In this document: positions 28,791-40,738 of the stretch, piece after piece
Numbering within the stretch: the first letter of the stretch is position 1
Layout of the letters: the number at the start of each line of letters is the position of its first letter
Assembly (NCBI GenBank): GCA_051294375.1
Contig: CM119266.1
Location: 27,295,017-27,359,016 of the forward strand
Direction: 5' to 3'
DNA length: 64,000 nucleotides
DNA from: Paraspadella gotoi
Lineage: Eukaryota; Animalia; Chaetognatha
Program-made: the position numbers and the translations under genes
Notes under the pieces: model-generated
The model's input: only the letters and a program-made list of their open reading frames with translations
Told to the model about the DNA's origin: nothing
The model's database searches: none

Positions 28791-31260
28791 CAGGTATCAG
28801 GAAATTTCAAAAATGCATGGTATTTCTGTGAGCTCTAATATAGAATAATTAAAATGTGTATTAACTTATATAAACAATTTGCTTCTTTTTTTTAAAACTA
28901 ATTCGCGCTAAGAGCAAGAGAGAAACGCGTTTTCGAATATTTCTCATAAGATTTTTAGCGGCAACGTAGCGAGGAAATAATCGTTAAGAAAAGTGACGTT
29001 CGATGCGCCATCTGGGAAGCATGAAAAGAAATTAAACATTGAAGCAGGAGGGGAAAAAGGATAGGAAGGGAGGGGGAAGAAGGGAGAAAAGATGAAGTTA
29101 GGAAGACCGGGCGAAGCAGAAGAAAAGCGGATAAAAAATGAAAAATCGCAAATGAGGACAATTTTCTTTTATTGTATTCGTTTCTCGGTTCCGCCAAACG
29201 CGAAAACACGATGCCTTTTTCTCGGGAGGGGAGAGGACGAAGAAAAGAAAATTTCCAACCGCTTCCCTTTTGTTCTCTTTTGTTCGCGAGGCTGAAACGG
29301 AGCGCCGTTGGAGGGAGCGACGTGCGCTGAAGGCGGGAGAAGGGAGTCCGAGGGAGCGGGTAGTGATGGGTGGGAATTATAGTTGAAGACAAAAATAGAG
29401 TATAGAAATAAAAGAAAGAAAAAAGAAGAAGAAAAAAAGAAAGGAAAGAAAGAAAGGAAAGAAAGAAAGAAAATAGAATAAAAAAGCAAGAAAAAAATTA
29501 TTAAAGGAAAAAATTATACCTAAAAGAAGTGGGAGCGTAAGAAAGGGAAGCGGAAACGAAATCTGGGTGAAGAAAGGAGAAGTGACGCGAACAAAGCGAG
29601 CGAGAGAAAGAAAGACAGAGAGTGAGTGAAGTACAAGTGGGAATAAATGGAGAGAAGAAGTAGGGCGAACAGCGACCGAAAGATAAACGACGAAACAATT
29701 GACGGTTCCTAAATGGCAATGAAGAGATATAGGGACTCACGCCGAGAGAAAGAAAGAAAAAAAGAAAGAAAGATAAAGAGTGAGAGAGAGAGAGAGACAG
29801 AGAGGCCAACAGACACAGTCAGATTGACAGACGGAACGAGAAAGATAGAGAGGGATAGCAAGCTTTACAAAAAAGAGAAAGGAAAAAAGAGTGCGGTCAG
29901 ACGGTTAACGTCTGCTCGGCGAAAACGGCAAAACGACCCGTTAAACTGACCCGATTGCGCCGCACATGCGCGGCGCTTTTCTATGCGTGCCAGCGTGTAG
30001 GCGCGTGCCCGTTAGTTCGATCGTAGGGCGCCGACGCCGCCTAGGCGACGGCGGTCTCGCCCCGCCTCGTAAATCCGGAAGAAAAAAAGACGCCGGAAGA
30101 ATAAGGCGCCGGAAACGAAGGGCGACACCGCGACCCACTGAGAAAAGGAGGAAGTAGAGAGAAGAGTGGAGAGAGGTGGTTTGTGGGAAGCGGGAAAATT
30201 ATCTAAGGAAGGGGATTTGAGCTTTGAGTTGGTTGCTTGGTTAATGGTTATCATACTCGGGGAAGTACGTAGGGTGTGACAAACGTCTTCAAAGCTAAAA
30301 CCGCAACTTCTTTATAACAATATTTTTCGCCGCATTAATACATTAATACATTATTACATGATCGATAATGGTAGGAAATGCTTCCTTCTCAATTATTTTC
30401 ACAATCTTGAGCTGAACAAACTACTTTACTATCCTCCATTTTATTTTTCTGTCTTACTTCACTTACTAGTCTCTAGAAATGTAAAATTCTTAAATTGTTT
30501 TAATCAATCAAGACAACGAGTCAAAATAAATAAATTTTATTAACACAAATATAATTTCACTATATTTTGGTACCATTTTTATACTACATAAATAATTCTA
30601 TGGCTTTCAAAACCTAATTTTGAATACAGCTTCAAAATCTGACGATTCGCGAACGATTTCCGTTGTTACGTAGTCGTCGTTGGTGTTAATATCGTTAGAG
30701 ACTCCTCCCAAGCAATCCTCCAAGTATATTTGCCGCAAACTGTTTAAAATTTAATAAATATTTAAAAAATGACTATTTGTGCACGAGTCAAACGAAAATT
30801 AACCTCCAAACATCAGACGTTCGCCGCCGAGAATCGTGAAGTACTTTGTTCACTATTTTCTCGTAGTCAAGCCGTTCGATTTTCTCTCTTATCCAGTAAT
30901 CATTAGAACTTTCTACTATTTCGTGCTGCATATAATTATAATATAATTATAAATATTAAACATTATTCGAGAATATTTTTTAAAAAATAGTTTTACGTAT
31001 TTTATGGCTATACAGATTTAAAAGTCGTTAGCACCCACCTTTCCGAATAAAGCATCGCGAGAACAGTTTCGATCGTTCAAACCCCAGTTTCGAAATTCTT
31101 CCCTGTCTTCTTTTATGACACCAATGTTTCGCTTCGCATTTCCATAATCTGGGCGAAACTTAATTTCAAAATCGTCACCAAACTGTGTTGGATTAACCAA
31201 AGAAATTTCGATTTCTAAACTTTTTTTATTTTCATTAATCATTAATATATTTTTCTTTTA

Positions 31261-33888
31261 TTTTTTATCGAGCCATGACCGGCGAAGCCTGGTTCAGGCT
31301 CTATAATGTTTTAGATTTGCTTCTTTGTGACGCGTCGTCGGCGTCGTCGTCGTCGTCGGCGTCACGCTATTTTTATATAAAAACTTATACGCTTTTATAG
31401 GTTTGGTTGGGACTTACCGTTTTTTTTTAAAATAAAAATTATTATGAATTATGATAAAGTTTTTACAAAAGTGTGCGATCATAGTAAGTTAAAAATTTAG
31501 ATATGGCTTCTCATCTTGGAATAGCTTTGATATTTTCATATTACATTTGGATTTAAGTATTTTTGTTTGAATTTCCACTTCATTATGATTTACTGCAATA
31601 TCCAAATGAGATTATAGTACTCATTATAATATCCAAATTAGTGTATAGAAATGCTTTAATCTAAATTTACATATTGCAGTATATAATATTGAAGATGAAA
31701 TTCAAAAAAATTTTTTTTAAATCTATAATAAAAATGGGAACTCAAAATAACTTTTTTAATGATAAGCTATATCTTAATTTTAATACAAATAAAAATAAAA
31801 TCTTACAAGCTGCGATTGGCAACGGATAACCGATATAATTGGAAAGAAATTTGGTTTTTCTTTTTCTTTTTCTCTCTCTCTCTCTTCTCTCTCTCTCTGA
31901 TTATTTTTTTCCTTCTAAAAACTTTTATTATCACCATTTATTCCGCGCTTTTTTCTCTTTTCCTGGATTTTGTGGCCGTTGCGAGGCAACGAGTAAACAA
32001 TGTAGGAACATAACCTAATAACGCGTTTCGCGTTCTCTCTTTCTCTCTCTCTCTATCTCTTTCTCTCTATCTCTTTTTTTTACAAAAAAAAAATTTTATT
32101 AACTTTTTTTTTTACCACCGTCACTATGCGACGAGTAAACGAGTTCCAGCTCTCTCTCTGTGTGATGGTTCTTTTTTTGGAAAAATTATGATTATGTTTT
32201 TCCTTCTAAAAACTTTTATTATCGCCATTTATTCGGGGCTTTTTTCTCAATACAAAATCCCAAATTTACATCCAAGATTTTCGTGGATACAATTTAAGAA
32301 TAACTTATAATGATATGCATTGTCACATATAAATCAGCTAATGTGACCTATTATATATGCAGCACTTTCACCAAATAATATAATTACATGCATCACATTA
32401 TAAAAAAAAGTTTTTGTTTTTATTTATTAGTGTAACTTTGGACCGGTTGGCCCACTATTGGCAAATTATTATCTAAAAATATGGAGTTAAAAGAAACAGG
32501 AATATAGTACACAATTAAACCAGTTACTACTTTTTTTGTTTAGGGAGTCTACGTCGCTTCTTAGAAATCGAGGGCAAGTACTTTTTCCAATGGAGATTTT
32601 CGGTTAAATCTGACTTACCAAAAATGTTAACGCCCCTGCGGAAAAATCAGAGTAAAAAATAGATGTAAAAACACTCGATTCCGATCCGTTGCATCTGAAG
32701 GCCTCGCATTTTTTTCTCTTGACAAATTAACCATCGATGTTACATCAAACCATCAGATTCAAATGGACTAGGTCCGTGCGGGAAAATATTTTCGATGCAA
32801 TTTTTATTATATAAATATTATATTAGTGGATTTCTCAATACTTTTCTAATACAATTGTCAACTTTGTTCTATTTACATATTGTTGTGTATTTTTTACATA
32901 TTATAACTTCTAAAATTTTCAGGAATCCGATGAGCCATATGTCTGAAGGCTCTCAAAATTTTTCTTACATTTTTATTGTATTTGATATGATACGAATCAT
33001 GGGGGAAAGTTTAATTAGTCCATTTGGTGGAAATTTTATTTAAAGTAAAAGTAAAAGAGACGCTAACCGATCGGGAATTCTAAGAGTTTCAACCGCGGAG
33101 TCAGATTCGAAAAATCTTCCTATATGGCGAAAATCTTCCAAAGAAGGGTAATTTTCCAAAGATTTTTGTTGAATATTTTCTAATATTTATGGTCAGCGGT
33201 TTTTTGAAACTTAATATTGACAATATTGCCATCATTGCTAGCCTTGGACCGGTATACAGAATATATTAAAAAAACCTCTGCTGTTGTTCGTCAGAGCTTA
33301 GTCCTATTTTTTGTTATTCTGATAATTCGTACTATTATTAAATTTTATAAATATTTTAGTGTAATATATTTAATCATTTTTATTTTTTTTTAAACAATAA
33401 TTATTTGAAGTTGTGATAACATTTATAAATTAATTAAATATGCAAATATAAAATTTGACCTCGGTCTGGTTTCTTCCTAAAAAAAGAACAATCTTTTTCT
33501 CTCTCTTTCTTTCTCTCTCTCTCTCTCTCTTTCTCTCTTTTTTTTCCTTCTAAAAACTTTTATTATCGCCATTTATTCCGCGCTTTTTTCTCAATACAAA
33601 ATCCAAATTTACATCCGAGATTTTCGTAGATTTTTGTTTCAAAAAAAAATTATTCACTTTTTTTTCAGCACCGGTCACAAGGCGACGAGTAAACGAGTTC
33701 CGGCTCTCTTTCTCTCTCTCTCTTTCTCTCTATCTGTCTCTTTTCTCTCTCTCTCCTCTTTCTCTCTCTCTCTCTCTTTTACTCTTTCTCTCTATCTCTT
33801 TTTTTTTACAAAAATAATTTTGTAGTCACTTTTTTTTTTTACCACATCACTAGGCGACGAGTAAACGATTAAACGAGTTCCTGCTCTC

Positions 33889-33923
<35 letters not shown>

Positions 33924-34043
33924 CCTCTCCTTTATCTGTCTCTTTCTCTCTCTCTCTTTCTCCTCTCTCTTTTTTTTTTACAAAAATAATTTTGTAATCA
34001 CTTTTTTACCACCTGCACTAGGCGACGAGTAAACGAGTTCCTG

Positions 34044-34080
<37 letters not shown>

Positions 34081-34356
34081 CTCCTCTCTCTCTCTTTCTC
34101 TCTCTCTAATTAACTCATCGCGTCAATGAATGACTATCTACGCATCAATGAATGACTATCATCGCATCAATGAATGATTATCATCCGATCAATGAAGTAC
34201 TATCATCACATCAATGAATGATTATCATCGCATCCATCCCATTTGGTTATCATCGCATATCCTTTGGTTATCATCGCATCAATATTTGGTTATCATCGCA
34301 TCAATATTTGGTTATCAATCAACAGCAGGCTCGATCCCTATTGCTTTTAAGATTTT
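31261..34356 (+). mobile_element. HINE-like element, family B (possibly composite)
   Basis: 5' ttttttatcgagcc..ggctctata hairpin and (GTC)n tract; 3' subterminal inverse ggctcgatcc followed by ctattgcttttaagattttt; internal CT-rich tandem units and a 22-bp minisatellite at 34115-34320. Confidence 0.55.
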
Positions 34357-34463
34357 TTCATTTACATTTTTATTCTTTTAGATTTTCTTTTATCTTTCTT
34401 ATTTTTTTTCTTTTTTTCTTTTAATTTTTCTTCGTATTTTCATTAACACATTCATAAACTTAC

Positions 34464-35028
34464 AAACGATCGCAGTTTCTCCCTCAAATCGACCGCGGCG
34501 AGGGATTCTAAAGATTTTTGGATAAACTTGTCTACATGGTCAATTCCAGTGGGCGCCCAAAAAATCTTTAAACTCCCAAAATTTGGCGACAACCTCACCT
34601 GATAATTGAAATCAAATAAAATCATTATCGTATGCTCTCAACGGTCATCAAATTGATTAATAAAAAGAGTGCACCTTAGTGAATTGTATTCCATTCTCAA
34701 GGATGACAGACCAGCATTTTCCCCGGAGCATCCATTCCTCGACTGGAGCAAAGAGATGTTTGCTAAGCAACTGCGCATCTCGAATTTTACCCAAAGTTGC
34801 TTGTGACAGGGAAGTGTCGTCACGAACGAAACGCAAGCCGGCTTCGATGGGGCACATCTTCTGTTTCGGTGAATATTTGGTTAGAGAAAAAAATTGTTTT
34901 GCCGACAATTCACCGGTCGATGAGTGCCCTGGCATTTTATTTGTGGAAAACTTGGATGAAAGTACTCGAAAGCCTTTTGCAAAGTAGGCAAAGCTTGAGA
35001 AACATTTGTTTAAGGTTTTAACAGACAT
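34464..35028 (-). CDS. Putative uncharacterised gene, 5' exon(s), divergent from the P450
   Basis: ATG-initiated 123-codon non-repetitive ORF (35028-34657) preceded by an acceptor-like tctttcttcag. A second open 135-nt segment 34598-34464 is bounded by ttatcag and gtaagt (EVVAKFWEFKDFWAPTGIDHVDKFIQKSLESL). No family recognised and the splice phase is unresolved. Confidence 0.4.
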
Positions 35029-36074
35029 GTTAAATTTAAACGCTAATCAAGGACAAAGCTTTTCTGAAGAAAGACTTCACCGGGAAAGCACCGGTTTTTA
35101 AAAAACTACCTATTTGATCCGATTTTTTTTACATTTTTAACTGATCGGCAATATTTAATTTTTCAAAAATTTTTTAAAATTATATTTTTAAAATATTTTA
35201 TATAAAATTTTAAATTATATAAAACAATAATATAGGTTTTTTTAAGAGTTATTAAACAAGTCTGTAACAAAGTCGCGAATAAAAGCTTTCATGGTGCTGC
35301 TATATTATTATATTGTAAGATGAATAGATGTTTTAACCTTGGAAAAATGTTCAAAGTCAGGAAGAAAAATAATACTTTTAATTTTTATCAAATGAATGGT
35401 ACATTTTTAAATTTGTTTTATTGATTTTATATTAGAATAAATCAAATATTATTTTAAAAAATTAAAATTATTAAATAAATAAATAAACCATAGCAATAAT
35501 ATAATAATAATAATAATAATAATAAAACATTCATACATTACAAATTAATAATAAATATAAAAAAATGTAGAAGACGAAGAAAGAGGAAAGAAGAAGGGTT
35601 TAGAGAGAAAGACCGGTGGTAAGTCTCCTCAAAAATATATTAGTTTAAATTTCTTTAAATTCAATAAATATATAATAGTGTAATTATTAAAGAACCACCA
35701 ATCACCTAAACTAATAACGCTCTCGATGACGAAAATTGGGATAACTTGATAAGGAAAAGTACGAAGTGACTTTCCGCGGATTCGTTCACTCAGTGATCAC
35801 GTGTCTCTCAGTCTAAACAGGATTTTGAGAAAAAAGGAAGGCCTTTTGTTTGTAAAGGGTAAAATTTTTTCGATTTTCCGTTAATAAATTAAAATATAAA
35901 ATAATTTAATAAAGAAAAATGTTTTGGCATTTTTTTATCCTAAATTCTAATTATCTAATGAAACATTCAGCTCATTAGTTTTCTTTATCGTTTTTTTTTG
36001 GTCTCAAAATTTTTAGTAACGAATTTGTAAACATCGATTCGTTCGAAGGGGCATTGCAAGCCGGGGCATAAACA

Positions 36075-36106
36075 AACGCATGCGTTGGCGCGGCGTGGCT
36101 TTCCGG
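36075..36106. promoter_or_regulatory. Candidate promoter: NRF1-like palindrome plus ETS-like TTCCGG
   Basis: AACGCATGCGTT (36075-86) and TTCCGG (36101-06) in a GC-richer patch ~200 nt upstream of the P450 ATG. Confidence 0.4.
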
Positions 36107-36305
36107 TCTGTATCATCGCCATTTTCGATATTATCTTACTTATCTCAGATAGTTTTGCTTTTGTTTTTTATCGTTTACTTGTCTTTTGTTTTAAATGTGT
36201 AGCATAATCGTTTTTAAATGCAATATATATTCGTTTATAATCGATTTTATCGGATTTTATTTTATTTCATTTTATCTACCAGTTCCGTCTTCTTCCATCT
36301 TCACA

Positions 36306-37835
36306 ATGATTGATGTTTTTGCCGACGATTTAAGCACTGTAATTCTGAAATTATTTCTCGCCAGCCTTATTTTACTGGTGACTGGAATAATCATTCAAAA
36401 TATTTTTTCTCCCATTCCGGGACCATGGAATATTCCTTTGTTCGGTAGTGTGTCACTTTTTCTTGACTTTTTTTCGTCCGCCCGACGCCGAGGCTTATGT
36501 CTATCTCTACCCAAGAAATATGGAAGGGTCCTTGCCTTCCGAATCGGTTCTCACCACATTGTCTGGCTAAATGATTTAAAGACTGTTAAAGAGGCCTTTG
36601 TCGACAACGCTATTTCCTTGTCGGACCGCATGGCTAGAAGCAACTCTTCATACAAGATGAATTTGCATGGAAAGGGAATCGTCACGGCTGACTACGGAAA
36701 GTATTTTAAGCACAGAAAGAAAGTCACTGTTCATAGTATGGTGAATTTCGGTTTGGGTGGGAGATCGTTGGAAGATATGGTCTTGAGTGAGGCGGAATAT
36801 GCAGTTCTTGAATTTTCTAAGTTTGCTGACACCAACCTTCCATCCGACGTACACGCAAAAGTTATCTACGTTGCCGTCTCGAATGTCATTTGCTCTGTCG
36901 TTTTTGGAAAAAGGTTCGACTTTGCTGACCCGGAGTTTAATAAGGCCATCAATGCCATTAAGTATTTGCTTGGCAAATCAACAGTTTTTTGGCAATTTGT
37001 TCCCATTCTCAACCTGGTGCCCTCTGTAAGGGCATTGAGAGAGAAAAGTCAAAGTCAAGTATCAATCATCCGTCAATTTATATCGTCGGAGGTAGAGCGT
37101 CACAAGGAGGGTTTTGATGTTAATAGTCCCCGGGATTTCGTCGACATGGCGTTGAAAATACAAGTTGACGCGAAGGACGACAACTCATATATGGATAATG
37201 AAGACATCATTCGGATAATTATGGATTTGTTCTTTGCTGGCACGGATACAACCGCGACTGCCCTTGTTTGGCTCTTGCTGTATTTAATTCGATACCCCGA
37301 TATTCAGAAAAAGTGTCAACGTGAAATCGATTCCGTTTTGGGTTCTGATAAAAGTCTGACAAAAGTGACATCCTTGAAAGAGATGCCGTATCTGATGTCC
37401 GTCTTACTAGAGACGCAAAGAATATCAAGCATGGTCCCATTGACCGTTGCGCACCGAGCCAGAAAGGAAACTGAAGTTGATGGTTTTCGGATCCCGAAAG
37501 ATTCCCTCGTTTACGGTAATATTTGCAACGTTCACTTTGACGAGACGTATTGGAAGGGTCCGAAAAATTTTTTGCCTGGACGTTGGTTGGATGAAAATGA
37601 CCCAACGAAAGTGGTAGAGCACTCTCATTTTATTCCCTTTTCCATCGGGAAGCGAAGATGTTTGGGCGAGCACCTGGCCAAAGTAGAGTATCAACTCTTT
37701 GCCCTGGCGCTGCTTAGCAAATTCGAGTTTTCCATCGCCGACCCCGATGATCTTCCTTCCCTGGATGTTGACAGTTTGGGACTCGTTCAAGCTCCTCAGC
37801 CATTTAGGATGATTATTAACACGCGCGAAATTTAA
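36306..37835 (+). CDS. Cytochrome P450, clan 2 (CYP2-like), single coding exon, ~509 aa
   Basis: N-terminal TM anchor, PIPGPWNIPLFG hinge, I-helix DLFFAGTDTT, K-helix ETQR, FLPGRW meander and heme motif PFSIGKRRCLGE. Start taken at M38 of the ORF, just after the acceptor-like ttttatctaccag (36282). Confidence 0.95.
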   Translation: MIDVFADDLSTVILKLFLASLILLVTGIIIQNIFSPIPGPWNIPLFGSVSLFLDFFSSARRRGLCLSLPKKYGRVLAFRIGSHHIVWLNDLKTVKEAFVDNAISLSDRMARSNSSYKMNLHGKGIVTADYGKYFKHRKKVTVHSMVNFGLGGRSLEDMVLSEAEYAVLEFSKFADTNLPSDVHAKVIYVAVSNVICSVVFGKRFDFADPEFNKAINAIKYLLGKSTVFWQFVPILNLVPSVRALREKSQSQVSIIRQFISSEVERHKEGFDVNSPRDFVDMALKIQVDAKDDNSYMDNEDIIRIIMDLFFAGTDTTATALVWLLLYLIRYPDIQKKCQREIDSVLGSDKSLTKVTSLKEMPYLMSVLLETQRISSMVPLTVAHRARKETEVDGFRIPKDSLVYGNICNVHFDETYWKGPKNFLPGRWLDENDPTKVVEHSHFIPFSIGKRRCLGEHLAKVEYQLFALALLSKFEFSIADPDDLPSLDVDSLGLVQAPQPFRMIINTREI

Positions 37836-38078
37836 CACTTAAATCAACTTTGTCGTACTTAAAAACATTTTCTAAAAAAATTTATCAGGCTTATTTTTAC
37901 ATTCGCCGACCGGGATTTTGCGGTCGGTTATTTGTTTTTCGCTTCTTATGAGCGACATATAGAAATCTCATTACACAATAATAAATGTCACTGGTATGGA
38001 TAGAAAATCTTTATATTATGGCAACGGAGGGACATGTGTGATGCCCGACAGCTGGCGCTCAGGGCTTTGGACCTGCAG

Positions 38079-38868
38079 TAGGGCGTTGAAAAATAACGAA
38101 ATATAACAAATCAAGTGAGGTACATAGCTATTTTAGTGTAATAAAGTCTGTAGAATTCGATGATGATAACCATTTTTTTGTATAGTCTCATCTTCTTTGT
38201 CGGGAATGGCGATTTTTGCAGCATATAAGGTGCTATTAAAACGGAGCAAACATTGTAGAGTATAAGAAACTCAAATTATTAAGATTTTATAAAAGCCATA
38301 TTTAACTTACATAATATGAAAATAAAAACCCATATAAATAATTTGGTAAGTTTATTTACAAATTTTTATTTTTATTAATAGTTTATCTATATTTATTAAT
38401 AAATAATAATAAAAAATAAAGCTAAGTGACAAAATAAAAAATAAAAATTTTAAAACCGTATTTGAATTCCTTCAAAAAAGTTGATATAAGAAAGTATAAT
38501 CCATTTTAAAAATTCTTTCATTAAGTAGGTTAAAAATATTAAAAACTATTATTTTTATTTAATTTTTTAATTTTTGGCTTAAAATTAAAGTTTTTCTGAA
38601 TTTGACCAACTTAATGATATAATTTTGATATAATATAATATTTTTATATTTCAAATTTATAAAATTTTAATAATTTGATTTATCGTAACTTATAATGGTT
38701 TTGCTATTTTATAACAATTTTATATACATTAAAAACCGTCATTTCCGACAAGAAAGATAAAATTATACAAAAAATGGTCATCACCATCGAATTCTACAGA
38801 TTACATTACACTAAAATAGCTATGTACCTTACTTGATTTGTTATATTTTGTTATTTTTCAACGCTCTA
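38079..38868. mobile_element. hAT-type MITE with 8-bp TSD
   Basis: Termini TAGGGCGTTGAAAAATAAC / GTTATTTTTCAACGCTCTA, long inverted arms, and TSD ACCTGCAG at 38071-78 and 38869-76. Confidence 0.92.
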
Positions 38869-38876
38869 ACCTGCAG

Positions 38877-39210
38877 TAACCACCCCAGAGTTAGAGAGCG
38901 AGCGAGAAGTAGGGCATAGGCGTGAGATGCATACCCTTAAGCGACGACGTGAGCGACGGTACGCAGCGGTTGCGTGTTCGATAGTAGGGCTCACCTCTTA
39001 TGGCAACGGAGGGACATGTGTGATGCCTTGGGTGTGAGGCATCTCTCAACAGCTGGCGCTCAGGGCTTTGGACCTGCAGTGACCACCCCATGTCACTGGC
39101 GTTTTTTTGCCGACACCATCACACTTTAACCAGCGTGACCGTGAGGGGATTGAACCCGGAACTCATGGTTGATGAATGAATACTTAGCTGTCTAAGCCAA
39201 TGGGACGAGC
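38877..39210 (-). mobile_element. tRNA-derived SINE (body continues left of the hAT MITE at ~38016-38078)
   Basis: Reverse strand reads gctcgtcccatTGGCTTAGACAG..ccgGGTTCAATCCCctcacggtcacg (A and B boxes). A body segment is duplicated at 38016-38078 and 38998-39079. Confidence 0.65.
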
Positions 39211-39312
39211 TGAGTTTCACCAAGCTACCCTAACCACCCTTAACCCAATTGCTTACCGTTTAAAAAATATAACAAAAATATTATTTTTCTTTTCATTTTG
39301 GTTATTTGTTTA

Positions 39313-39576
39313 AGGTAGAAAATAAATTGTTTATGTACAACGAGTTTTATTAAGAAATATAAATTTCGGACATATTCCGGCTTCAATGTAAGCCTTCATC
39401 AACGCGAAAACGAATTGATTTGTAAAACAAATATTTTAACAAAATTTGAAGAGTGTAAAAATATTTGATTCACAAGTCAATTCGTTTTTGCGCTGATGAA
39501 GGCTTACATTGAAGTCCGAAATTTATGTTTCTTAATAAAACTCATTGTACATCAACAAACAATTCATTTTCTACCT
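39313..39576. mobile_element. ~260-bp palindrome, probable inverted Penelope-like terminal repeat with degenerate hammerhead cores
   Basis: aggtagaaaat.. / ..attttctacct arms of ~120 bp; CTGATGA-aggc..gtcc-GAAA at 39493-39521 followed by AATAAA. Confidence 0.6.
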
Positions 39577-40111
39577 CAAACATAAAAATATCAATTAAAA
39601 TAAATTTAAAATAATTATTTATTATAAAATTTTAAAAAATGCATATTATTGCGCAAACTAAGACTTAACGCAAGAGGGAAAACAAAATTAAATGAATTAA
39701 CAAAGCACCGACCGCTGGTACCTAAAGTTGGTTGCGGACGTTGAATAGTAAAGTTACCCATTTATCGATTTACTTTCTTAGTTACCAATTTTGTTTGTCA
39801 AATAAAAAGTATTCAAATACATATTCAAATACATAGTATTCTGAAAAATTTTAAACGGTATATTGTAAAAAATGTTTTAGTCCCCAGTCTCTGAATCTAA
39901 CTAACATTTTTATTTAGTCATCTTTTGCACAAAATGTTGTTGCGGTTGCAATATTCCGTATTCTTTTCTTTGGGTTATTTGGATTAATTGCTTCAAGTTG
40001 AAGCAGTTTGCTATGACAGTATTTCTAATACCACTTTTTACTCATTTTACTAATTCATCAATCTGCTTTTCTAATTTTATGTATTGAATTATTACTTCTA
40101 GTCTAGGAATA

Positions 40112-40738
40112 ATGATCATGAATCCCATAACACTCATCATCGCTCTGCTATTGACACAAACCATCTCGGCCTCAGAATTGACATTCGAACTTCCGGACAA
40201 TGAAAAACAGTGTTTTTATGAAGACATTAAAAAGGACACGAAAGCTACGTTAGAGTTTCAGGTGGTTACGGGCGGACACTACGATGTCGACTGCGAAATC
40301 TACGACCCTGACCTAAAGGAACTCTACAAGCAATTTAAGAAGCAGTACGATTCCTTCACTTGGACCGCCACCAAGCCCGGTGTTCACAAAGTGTGTTTCA
40401 GCAACGAATTCTCCACCTTCACCCACAAGGTGGTCTACTTTGATCTGACCGTGGGGGAGGAGAAACCGCTCATGCCCGACGTTGCGGCTCAAGCTACCGC
40501 TATGACGCAGCTCGAGTCGGCGGCGGCACAGATTCACGAATCGCTCAAGCTCACCGCGGATTATCAGACGCATTTTCGGCTGCGTGAGTCACAGGGGCGC
40601 TCCTTTGCGGAGGACCTCAACGAAAAGGTCATGCTCTGGTCAATCGGGGAGTCACTCATCGTCCTCGTTGTCGGCGTCGGGCAAGTCCTCGTTCTGCGAT
40701 CTTTCTTCGCCGACAAGAAGTCCATTTCCGGAATATAG
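40112..40738 (+). CDS. TMED7: p24/TMED gamma-subfamily cargo receptor (TMED7/TMED3-like), single coding exon
   Basis: Signal peptide, GOLD domain ([16 protein letters not shown]; [17 protein letters not shown]), [17 protein letters not shown] coiled coil, TM segment and FF..KK tail. Confidence 0.93.
   Translation: MIMNPITLIIALLLTQTISASELTFELPDNEKQCFYEDIKKDTKATLEFQVVTGGHYDVDCEIYDPDLKELYKQFKKQYDSFTWTATKPGVHKVCFSNEFSTFTHKVVYFDLTVGEEKPLMPDVAAQATAMTQLESAAAQIHESLKLTADYQTHFRLRESQGRSFAEDLNEKVMLWSIGESLIVLVVGVGQVLVLRSFFADKKSISGI

Noticed and set aside
36195-36305. N-terminal 37 codons of the 546-aa P450 ORF
   Set aside because: T-rich intron/outron-like sequence ending in an acceptor; M38 gives the normal anchor-hinge layout.
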